This document shows, in pieces, positions 12,542-23,860 of a stretch of 64,000 nucleotides of DNA. The position numbers were made by a program, and so were the translations under genes. Position 1 is the stretch's first letter. Every line of letters begins with the position of its first letter. Location of the stretch: contig JASANG010003711.1 in NCBI GenBank assembly GCA_030248215.1, positions 248,001-312,000 of the forward strand, in the 5' to 3' direction. Source of the DNA: Enoplolaimus lenunculus (lineage: Eukaryota). The notes beneath the pieces are model-generated. The model saw nothing but the letters and a program-made list of their open reading frames with translations. It was not told the DNA's origin and searched no databases.

Positions 12542-14295
12542 GTAACCGGGCGTCAAGAATTTTCAAGAAACAACAGCGGATGCACTCAAAATTTTCAAGA
12601 TTTTTGACGAACTTCATCACTTATTTCAAATCGAACTGTTCAACCATTTTTTCAACTATTACATCTGTTATGAAAAATGAGTGCTTTGTATGTGGTTTAC
12701 AACTGATTTAAGCAGGGTGCAACTAAAATAATGTAATATACTGACTGGAACCGGAACGTGAAAAATCCCGGAGCCTGAATGGGCAAATGAAGGCGTCTGT
12801 TGCTGTAAAATTCGTTTCTAGGCAATAAACTGTTTCAAGTGATATTACGTACAATTCTTTCAAAAATTGTGCATATCAAACCCAGAAAACGAACAAAACC
12901 TATCATCAACCGGCGATAGACGCTACACGAATTTGAAAATTTGGGCACAGATCTGAGTTCACGACAAAAACATTTAGGCGATGAAATGTTGAGAAACTCC
13001 AACGTACCTTTCTGTGTTCAGAGTCTACTGTATTTTAGATATTTTGGTGGTAAATTAATTTGTAACAGTATATTGTCTTTAATTAGACATTCATGACTTC
13101 TGTTGGTAAGTTGGTTTGATTTGGTTATTGAGTCAATTCTATCTAAAGAGCTAACTTCGCTTTTCTGAGAGATTTTATGTTTTTGAGGTTATTATTTGTC
13201 GACACTAACTATCTGATGGACAAGACTCAAAAAATTGGGCGTTTTAATTGCCCCCTGCCAGCCGGCGTTAGTTCAAAAATGGTCGGATTTTGAAAATTTT
13301 TTGCATATATGAGTTTTTCGTGACAAATTTTTTTAATCAAAAAAATTCGTAAATTATATATAATTCACTGAAGCTTGCCGAACTGAGTCGAATGGATTAT
13401 ATTTGCGATGGAATAACTGGTATGGTGCCGTCGTCAATCGTTGACAGCGCGAAATAAACTTTTTTTACCATAACTCGTAAAGCATTAGTTTGAAAGCGAC
13501 AAATTTTTTAGCAGCATTTTAACTCAACTCTGCACGCTGCGTCGAATGATATATAGTTTGACTAACATTTTGAAAAGAATATTTTACCGAAAGAAATCGA
13601 ATTTTTTGACAATTCCAATTTTAATGTGGAATGATTAGGAGAAATCAATTTTACACACAAACTTTCATGAACAAATTTAAATTGTTGCTTATTCATATTT
13701 ATTGCTTTTTTAGCTTGCAAAACGAACTTGCCGTTTGTTGGAACGATGCTGGTAAAACGTGATTTCTACTCAATTGGCGGTCGAAATTTTGAAATAAAAC
13801 CATGTTCTGGTATGTAACGTTGTTCATTTAGGTAATATTTTATAAGTTGGCAACCACGCAATCACATTTTCCTACTTCAGAAAAGTTTGATGTTTTTTAT
13901 TATACATTTGTATTAACGTTACTGTATGAAGATGTAAAAATTATTTCGTTTTATATTTGTTACATATTGTTATGTTTAGTAACTGTTCCAGCATTTTAGA
14001 ACATGGCCATAGTACTGATTAAATTTCAGGCGCGTAACGCTGAATTTAAGCTTATAAAATTTCTATTCTTCGGCTCACTGGGAATATAGTATTGTTTTTG
14101 GTTTCGCCTCATTTCGTACTGGTATCTGAAAATGGTTGCTTTGTGTCACTGTTAATTTACTTGTATGAATGGTATTTACCGTTCAAACCAACTTGTATAG
14201 CCTGTAAATTTGCGATTTTGTGCACTGCACGAATGGTAATGTTTTTTGCGATTATTTCAAGTGTTTGAATTTTAGTTTATATCAAAAGAGTGATA

Positions 14296-17200
14296 ATGCA
14301 ATCACGCTTGGAAAATGATGCAAAGTTGTCAGAAAATACAAGCAATGCCATCAAGAAGAAGCCAATCAAAAAGATTGATGCGTTGAAACGAAGTAAGTGT
14401 AATCTAAACTTTTATGTAAAACACTTCCAAAGGGTATAAAATTAACCAAAAATAAACAGGTTTTGTGTTTTTAAAAACGCATGGTTCATAATTGCTAATC
14501 TGATAGCGAAAACCTTCTCTCTAGGTTTTGAGGTTTGGACCAGGGAGATTCAGTGCAATATTTGATTCGTCTTTGAAACACCGTTCAAACGAGAAAGCTT
14601 TTACTGAAGTAACGTAGTTAAACGTATAATTTTGGGTCCAAAATACAAACCTTCATCGAAGTGGCATCTACATTTAATTCGTTGTGAAAAATACTTGCGA
14701 AATATACGTGTCTACAGTTGGGGTTGCGCTATGGTTGTCGTACGGCGCCGTTCGGCACCCGGACGGCGCCGTCGGTCACCATACGGTATGGTACGGGAGT
14801 AATTCGCGTACGATACCGCGTCGTGACGCACGGTGAGGGATGGCGCTGTACGGCTGACGGACGGCGCCGGTCGTTATCAAACAAAAGTATAGTGCTACCG
14901 GCTACACTTACATTTAGTCACCCCGGATTTCAAATTAGTGGAGGTTTGAAGAACAAGGAATGTGAATCATTCCAATGCTGCCAATGGCGGATCCACGGGG
15001 GCCCACCCCGGCCGTGGCCCTCCCAACAGCATCTCGACAAAAAGTATATAGTGTCAATTGCTGTTCTACGCTGTTCTGTTTTATACACAATAGTATAAGC
15101 ACGCTTTAAAGTTTCTTGGCCCTGGAGTCATTTATGCGCTACAATTAGGGATAATAGCCATTTATGGACTCTAAACAAGGCTTTAAGGACTCTACTTGCT
15201 TACGGATTCTTATTAGGGATACGGACTCGTATTAATTGGGACTCAAAATGGGGACCCCCTTCTTATTTGGGTCACTACAGTATGGGTCAAAAATAAGTTT
15301 ATTACCTGTGAAATTTTGGGCCCCCCTCCATTTTGAGATCCTGGATCCGCTACTGAATGCTGCTGTGGTAAACTGGTATATTTGCACCGTTGCTGAAAGT
15401 ATCTGGTAGCTTGCTGATAAGGACATTCAGAACCACAAAATAATTTTTGATTTAAACATTGGGTTGAGCCAAGGACCCAATAGGCATTCAAACTCACTAT
15501 CTACTGCAGTTGTTGAACACAAAATTGACACAGGAGTAGAGAACATGTGCAAAAAATGTGCTAAATTTTGAGCCACAGCATTCACTGGTTCCAAAGTTAC
15601 AAGACCTATCACCAACTGGTGATAGGTACTACACACATTTGAGAATACTGGCCTAAATCCTTAGCGCAGGCCCCACCGCCAAACGCGTGCAGCTAATTCA
15701 TGGTTTCTGTAAAGTAAATATTATCTTGCCTTTTTTTGTGCTGTGATACAACATTTTAAATCGGACAAGTATCATCGAACCATACTAAATGCTGCACCCA
15801 GGCATCTATGCTTGCTTAGTAATCCGATAGCCATTGAGAGCTTGAAAGTATCTAGTATTGATTAATTTTCCATATCTGTAGAAGCTTAATTTGTTTGTCA
15901 ACGTTGTATTTTGTTTTGCGAAAATATGCGTTGCGTGAGTTGCATTTACTCGTGCAATACATGTTTGGCTACAAATCTAGTTCTTTTTGTGTATTTTAGG
16001 TCGATCTACAACATTCACGCAAACCTCTGGAACTAAAACGGATTGCGCTACTGGTAAACTGCTGTATCATAAAGTTGTAAAATTTCGTCACCGCCCGAAA
16101 AATGGCCGTACAAGAGACCGAAGCAGACTAATTTGGCCGCAACGAAAATTAACTCGTCCACAATCGGCAAATCAGTTGGGTGATTCGCGCGCATCAAGTA
16201 TGTCGCAGATTACTTTGAGTTATTGTCGTGCTAAGCAGTTAGTTTGTAATGTTGTGCAGCGTCGTAACCTGGATTTTATTTGTACTGGGTATAACCTCAT
16301 CGGACTAGTTTTTGGGATAGACTGTAGCGAGCGAGCAAATTTTTTAATTCTAGGATTCGTATGGTTATTGTAATGCTTGTACAATGAAATTTTTCTCATC
16401 TTATCAGACGTTTCGCGAAGGGTTATATCTGTATTATGACCCTAGTAGTTTACGCCTCGGATATGTAGCCTTCAGAATGCTTCACATTATGCTCATGCTT
16501 TTGCTAATAATACTATTTGTATAATTTTGTGGTGTTGATATTAATTCAGCGCTAGTTACTGTTCATCGTAACAACAGCGAAAAAATCAATACTGAGTTTT
16601 TTAGAATTAGATGTATGTGGCGTTTTTTGCCTGAGATTGTTCTTAACGATGGATTTAATCATATTTTAGGCCACGTTGGTAGTTTACAATCAAACGGCTT
16701 TCCGTCTAATTGTATGGCACGTGATTTGGTCAGCAAAAGTACATCTGGTGTTAAGCCGCTCGTTTGTATCGAGGTCACAGGTAAGTTAAATCAGTTTTAA
16801 ACTTGGGCTATTTTTTATTGTTATGATTTCGAATGCAGCTCAGACTACAATGAGATGCGTTTTCTAGTCGTGTGTTTAGGATATATTGACAATTCTGGTG
16901 CGCTGTAGTGTCAACAAGTTTCATTGGTGCTAATTGGACTGTTGGAAGTTGTTTGCAAGTGTATTTAATTAGGGGATGCAACCGGAGTTTGGATCCCGGT
17001 TTGAAATACTCGGATATATACTCCAGTTCTATTTGGCAGTCTTTGGGCAATATGGGTCGCAGTTGAAAAATCCACTAACCGGTTGCGATAGATAATTTTG
17101 AATTCCGTGTGTACTCACACGACGCAATGTCAAGATTACTGAACTAATTGGTTAGGTACGCGACAATAATTGCACAAAAGCGAGTGTTGTATAATATTGT

Positions 17201-20200
17201 GCAGTATATTAACAGAGTATATTATTTTCATACATTCACTCGGAACCTCTGCAATTGCGGATCTCAAAACTTGTACAGAAGTAGGACAAATCAAATGCGA
17301 AAATTGTGCTGAATTTCGAACACATTATGTGCCGGTTCGAGTAGGGTTAACAGAAAAATGTGTTACGGTAGGGTTAACGCGAGACAAATTAAAATTTGTC
17401 GCGCGTTAACCTTACCATACGACACATATTGTGGCAGGTTTTAAAATTATTTGTCGCGCGTTAACTTTACCTTACGACACATTTTGTGGCAGGTTTTAAA
17501 ATTATATTGTGAACGGCGCATTATGTAATGTATCACCAACTGGTGAATAGGTGCGTCACACATTTGACAATACGGGCCACATTGCCAGAATAAAAATGTT
17601 TTTAGCTAATGAAGTAAGTGTAAGTACAATGTTGTACCGACTCAAACGAGCACTGATAATGATTAACGGATGTCGCAAAGGACGAAATTTGTTTTAGTCT
17701 ACGTGAACGCATCTTTGCGAAATATTTAATATCACATATGCAAATCTTTCTTCAGGTAAATCCACTACGCAATCACCTTGTGCAATAGATTACAATGAAA
17801 TCAAAGATAACACGAATATTGAGTGTGGGCTGTGTCATAAACCATTTATTGATGAAGATCTCTATCGAACGCATGTTGAACGCAGCGTAAGCATCAAACG
17901 CTTTTGTTTGATTTTGTTATCTTGTAGTCGTCGTAATCGTAACTAACGGTTTTAAGTATCTACTACTGATTTACAGTCACGGACAGAATTAGGCTTCCGC
18001 TTTTTCAAAATTAACATGCAGTGTCGTGCGGTAAATCAGGAGACAACGGCGGAAGCCCCTCCTTATGAGAAATTTTTGTTAAAAAATGCTAAGGTCCCTC
18101 CTACTTTACAAAGTTTTAGTTTTGTGCTGTTTATGCAATTTTGTTTACATCTGTTGTGTCTGCCGTTGGTTGGTTACATCTAAAAAATTTCGCCTGCGGC
18201 GCTATTTTTGTGTCCGCTGCAATACAAACTAGTCAGCATGGTTGCAGTATTTGCAACCGACACCAACATATTTCCGCAAAAATGTCTCAACGCAACTAGT
18301 AATGTTATTGAACCATAAAACAATGTATAAACTGAAACATTCAATGTTTTAGAACTACAAAGATTTAGTATTATTTATATTGCATACGTTTATACAATCA
18401 GGTGGAACAGTAAATACGTATGTGGGGCGTTCTAGCTATAATTATATAGATATTAAGGACAGAAAAAGGCGAATTCTATCACTACCTAAATCTCTGTTTC
18501 CACTAAATGGTTAATATGATATATTATCTTTACGTATTCCGAATGCAAACCAACATAAACTAAAATTCTGTCTTCGCATTTTCATGCATTTTATAAAAAA
18601 TGCGTAAGACTTTCGCTTTACTTCAATTCGAGGTTTCCTTCTTAATTCAGCCTTTGGTCGTTTCGGGGACACAATCGCTCGCAAACGCGATTTGAACTTC
18701 TCGCGGTTATTTTTCGCTATGGTTAGTACAATCTGGATATTTTTGCAAATTAGCGAATAAACCAGTTAAATCGTAAAGTGAATCGCTTGAACCCTTCCAT
18801 CATTACAAATGTGCAAAAATACTGTGTATGTGCGCCTCGATAAGGTTGGATATTTTTACAGCATATCAGTGACATATTGGTGTTTCGTTGCGGAGTAGTG
18901 ACGTGCGACGAAAGTTTCATACTCTTTGATAAGTTCTCGAAACATCTGGCTCAGCATATCTCAAATGACGCAAGAAACGATCGTTGCCCAAAAATCTGTG
19001 ACGGTTGTGGAAACGGTGTTAGGCCGGATTCGTCGAACACCAGTGGACTTCGACAAGTCGACGTGGCAACATCGATAAACGCAAGTTTTGTCAAGGATGG
19101 ACGCGTGCGAGATGCATCGGTTGTGGTCGAACGGCTGACGCAGCGGTACGTTTGTAATCAATTATTGTTGTAATTTAATTCAATTTCAAAATTTGGTCGT
19201 TATATCGTTATTTTGTTGAATTTGCTAAATCAGTGTTATAAATTGCGCAAATTGCTACTCAGGGCATTTTGCTAAACTAATATTAGAAAGCAATTTTGTG
19301 ATACTTCATACATGCTTGGTGCTTTTCTCACGAAACGGAATACTTTTTAAATGTTTTTTGTTGCCAACACTCAGGGTGCAACCGGAATTCCGGTTCCGGT
19401 TCCGGCATTTTTTCACCTTCCGGTTCCGGTTCCGGTAAATTTTTACCGGATTTAAAAATTCCGGTGTTATAATTTGGCCGTTTTCTTAACTTTGCTAATT
19501 TTTAAGAATCTCTTTTGAAAGCCACTTGTACTCCGAATATAAGCCATTGATGGTGGATTTCACTTCAGTCGACGACGAAAATCTAAAATACAACAAATAA
19601 AATAAATACCTATGTTCGACTAAGGTTGTTTCACAAATAATAGAGCAAAAAATACGATTAAAATGAAATTTTTGGTGATATGCATTTTTCACTTTCCGGT
19701 TCCGGTTGCGGTAAAATTTTCAAATTCCGGTTCCGGTTCCGGTAAATTGTAATTCCGGTTGCACCCTGCCAACACTGTTTTCCTGGCATGCTTATTTCGC
19801 TCGCAGGTTACAACGCAGACCAGAAAAGGTATGATAGTAGCAGGTTGTTTTGCTTGCAACGAAATGCCTCATGTACCATTTTGCGTTACGACAATGACAT
19901 GTTATTATTTTATTATTATTTTTAAGCATAATTGACGAATATGAGACATCTCGTATGAAAACGGATGAAACTGGTATAGCAGGCAGTAGCCTGAATTTCC
20001 GTAAGTGCGAAGTTTTTGGTGAAAGAAAGCGTACTAAATCTACACCGAAGAATACTGAAAAATATTGTCAGCAAAAATCAAGAAAACAAGGCTTGAGAAC
20101 GAGTCGAAAAGCGAAACCTAGCCAACGTCGGCCTTGTCTCAAAGATTTAAATCTGGACAGCATTGTTGAAGCCGCTGGCATAGACTCAGTTACCATGAGA

Positions 20201-21615
20201 AATGCATTGTCCAATGAATATGACCCAGTTATTCAAAATCAAGATTGTGTTGAATATAATACAGACGACAGCGACACTAATGTATCAAGCAGCAGCATCG
20301 CTCATGCTAACGTTATTTCTAGTCCGCAATGTAGTGGTACTGTGCAGGATATACCATCTAAGGAAGTGCCGGCTGCTACTGGGAATACATCGACAAGTCT
20401 AGAAAACGAGTTAGGTCATCAAACGGAAACAATAATTGATGGGAATAATCTCAAAGGCATTCAAAGCTCAGATCAAGACATAGTTTGTATTGATTTGGAC
20501 GATTCCGATGCAAGTGAATCAGTAGAAGTGGGCGCGCAGGCAAAGATAAACAAAGCAATGGATAACGACGTCAAATTTGCAACCAACCCAGTTTCTGCGT
20601 ATCAAATAATGAACCAGCCATGCGTTCCTGGTTTGCCGCAGATTTTGAGCAACTCAAGTTCTGGTTTTAAACTGCTAAACCAGGATGGCATTGTGCGCAA
20701 CATAACCGGACAGCATCAAAGGCAACAGCACCCGATATGCACCAGTCATCGACTTGCTACTATCACGAATCCGCCACTACGCCTCGGTCAAGTTTGTTCT
20801 AGTCAGTCAGTTTCGTTAACTTTGAATCGGCGGCGTCCTGGTTTGGTTTCACAGTCGCAATCGTATTGTTCACAATCGTCCTCGCCACTGCCTTCAATTA
20901 CAACTTTGTTAATGACACGAGTTGAGCGCAGGTAAGGTTGAATTTAAATCTTTTTTTATTTTTTACTTTGATGTATTTGTTGTTTTGTTTACTTTATCGG
21001 CGAGATGGGTCATTGTAAGAGCGATTACTCTACGCAGTGTGTACACTTCGCGGCTCATGTTAATTATATAGGCCTTGTCGTTGAGAGACTGGAAGTCTGA
21101 GTGAGATAAAGATTGACAAAGTTGGGCTTAGGCTGCGTGTAACTTTGAGCTTATAGATTTAGTCCCCCCTACCGTAAGTTGTATGATTCCCGCTTTCACG
21201 ATTCCAAGTAGTTACTAATATTTAGATTTAATCCCCCCTAACGTAAGTTGTATGATTCTCGCTTTCACGATTCCAAGTAGTTACATTTTTTAATATTTAC
21301 AGGCTTGATCAGATCAGATTTTCGTCCAACAACGGTATGAGGCAGCCTGCTGGAGATATCCGTCCACCACAGACCAATACTGCGAACGTTGGTGCACCTT
21401 CGTACACGTGGAGGACACGCGTTCATTTGGCTGCTACAGTTGCAGCCAGAAATTCGAGTCATGAGGGTGAACACTGTCAAATTGTCCGAAATATTGATTT
21501 GAAACAAACTGGCACAGGAAATGATGCTGTAAATACTGTAGAAGGCATGGACAACAACAATAATGATGCAATGTCGGAAGGCTCGTTGGAAATTGCAGAG
21601 GTTGATACTGTTTAG
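14296..21615 (+). CDS. C2H2 zinc-finger protein (two fingers plus a long low-complexity S/T/Q/D-rich C-terminus), about 664 aa, 7 coding exons
   Basis: Exons 14296-14392, 16000-16053, 16670-16780, 17756-17886, 18862-19145, 19927-20931 and 21303-21615 all have GT-AG boundaries and compatible phases (1995 nt). Finger 1, CGLCHKPFIDEDLYRTHVERS|H, is split by an intron. Finger 2 is CGVVTCDESFILFDKFSKHLAQH. The last two exons contain the 326-aa and 92-aa ORFs of the track. The first three exons are less certain. Confidence 0.75.
14982..15355. mobile_element. hAT-type MITE family A, inverted relative to 2164-2540
   Basis: Close reverse complement of 2164-2540; 8-bp TSD AATGCTGC; lies in intron 1 of the zinc-finger gene. 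Confidence 0.9.
19372..19768. mobile_element. hAT-type MITE family B (TIR CAGGGTGCAACCGGAA)
   Basis: TIR pair with subterminal TTCCGG repeats; 8-bp TSD CCAACACT. Confidence 0.9.
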
Positions 21616-23245
21616 GAGGTTACGGTTTACAATTATGTTTGTATTTTGCAATGTAGTGATACCATGTCGGCGGGTGGTTTTGTGGCAGGGGTAGATCGAC
21701 AAGTGTAAAGTATAAAAATTTTGAATGGAGAAATATACAATTTTGCTAACGTTTTTTCATTAAGCTTTTTTGGGGACCTCGAGGCAACTCATCTTCAGGG
21801 TTCTTTTGGGTCGTTGCAGGATATCGTATATAAAAAATATCCGATGCCCATCACTACCTAACGTGGTAGTTTAAAGATGTTATTTAATGCGTTTTAATAT
21901 GAAAACTCACCATTACCGGATGCAGGATAATCCGTTATTTGTAAACAGCGATAATCAATGAAACGCACAGTACTGCTTGCGTTGGTTATACATCAGTTTT
22001 GATCAAAATAGACGGTACAAAAACAGTCACTACGCACACCAACGCGTGAGAAAATAAATTTTGGCACATAATACCACTAAAACAATGTCGCTTCCGTTAA
22101 TAGGAAAACATGAACAACTAGTGCGTGGGAGTGAAACGCGCGGAACATCCTAATTTCAATTTATTCAAAAATGAAAGTTTTCAAAAACCATTGCGGGGTA
22201 TGGCCCCCTGCCCCCGCCCCTGGCTACGCCCTTGTTCCACAACGACGGGTAATATATCTTGCCATATCTACATAAAAAAATTACTGACTGGGAAGCTCAC
22301 TGTGAATCCGCACCTTGATTCCAGCGTTATACAAGCCGTAACCATTCTATACAAATGACTTTTTAATTTGGTATTTAGAAACTGGGTACGTATTATCAGC
22401 TTACCGGCCCTTGGACCGATATCTTTCGCGTATGCCCATAACCCGTATAGGAAACTGGTGATAAGGTTGGCTTCAATGATTCTGTATAAATGTTGTCATC
22501 ATGGGCCTCTTGGAATTGCATCCCCCCGACGTGGCAGCGTCACACTGGCCTGCATTGTGAGCCTCCTGTCGTGGTATTCTTATTAATTTATTGATATGAC
22601 CAAAATTCCCATTGTTTTTGTAAACTTCATAACGTTCTATTTGTATCAGTTTGCTGGTCAAAAGTCTTGCTGTGTTTAATAGTATTTCGTGATTTGTGTA
22701 TGCTTTATGCGCAGTGCATTATTTTTTTGTGATTGTGTTTATTTGCAAATTACACTTGATATCCGGGTACAAGCTTCATGGGTGGCAAATTTGTTAACAC
22801 GTCAAAAGCAGAAACGTATATCTATCACGTGTAGTGGCTGCAGAGTCAGTATTAAGATGTTTGGTCTTACTTGCCAAACGGTGCCGCCTCAAAAATGATT
22901 GCAAAAAAATTTATTCATGTTCGCTATCTGCCTTTGTGCATAAACGTGAAACACTTTAAACTTTCCTCAACAAATGTTTCAATTTCTCTCCGTGTTCTCA
23001 TTTTTGCCACAAAACTGTTAACCTTACCTTAATGCTCGAACAACAGACACACACAACAAAGATGTGTGTAACAATTTAATTGCACGTAAATTGTATGTGT
23101 TGTGCTTGTGTATGTGAAATTTTTTCGGGATTAGTGTTAACCCTACCTTAACGGCAGTCACAACGTGTTAGGGAAGGGTTAACAGATAAAGTGTCAAAGG
23201 TAGGGTTAACGAGTGGCCAATTTCAAATTTGCCACTCGTTAACCC

Positions 23246-23860
23246 TGTAAGCATGTGAGACATGCTTGTCCGTTATGTGCACATGCAATATAGTGCATTG
23301 CACTGTATGTATGCTGGTGGCAGCATACGGTCGACAAATATAGTCGACGAAAATGGTAGTTGGACAGGCGGGCTACGTGGCGCAGTGGTAGAGTGCTCGC
23401 TTAAGGATCCATAGGCTAAGAGTTCATTCCCCGCTCTAGCCCGCTTTTCCAGCTGCTTAGTTGAAAGGTCTGAAGTCCCGGTTCCTACCTTGACTGACAT
23501 GGGGGCCACGCCGTGAGCGCAATGGCAAACTGCCGCGCTATGAGCACGGTATCCAGTCGAAAATAGGATGGACGGTCAAGGGACGACCTTGTTGAGAATA
23601 AGGGCATGTAAGCATGTGAGACATGCTTGTCCGTTATGTGCACATGCAATATAGTGCATTGCACTGTATGTATGCTGGTGGCAGCATACGGTCGACAAAT
23701 ATAGTCGACGAAAATGGTAGTTGGACAGGCGGGCTACGTGGCGCAGTGGTAGAGTGCTCGCTTAAGGATCCATAGGCTAAGAGTTCATTCCCCGCTCTAG
23801 CCCGCTTTTCCAGCTGCTTAGTTGAAAGGTCTGAAGTCCCGGTTCCTACCTTGACTGACA
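23246..23860 (+). mobile_element. Non-autonomous miniature LTR retrotransposon (TRIM) with a tRNA-like sequence in each LTR
   Basis: Two apparently identical 254-bp direct repeats (23246-23499, 23607-23860), each TGT...ACA. The 107-bp internal region starts TGGGGGCCACG (PBS-like) and ends in purine-rich GAGAATAAGGGCA. 5-bp TSD AACCC on both sides. Confidence 0.92.
23368..23444 (+). ncRNA. tRNA-like Pol III cassette in the 5' LTR (second copy at 23729-23805)
   Basis: Closing stem GCGGGCTA/TAGCCCGC, A-box TGGCGCAGTGG, B-box-like GAGTTCATTCC, followed directly by TTTT. No convincing anticodon stem. Confidence 0.7.

Noticed and set aside
11787..12620. Three long Cys/Phe-rich minus-strand ORFs
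   Set aside because: Artefacts of the stop-free 19-bp tandem repeat; all three frames give the same periodic peptide.
14718..15098. 126-aa ORF in zinc-finger intron 1
   Set aside because: Composed of a GC-rich repeat plus the hAT MITE end.
23368..23444. Functional tRNA gene
   Set aside because: No proper anticodon stem, altered T-loop, and embedded in an LTR; treated as tRNA-derived.
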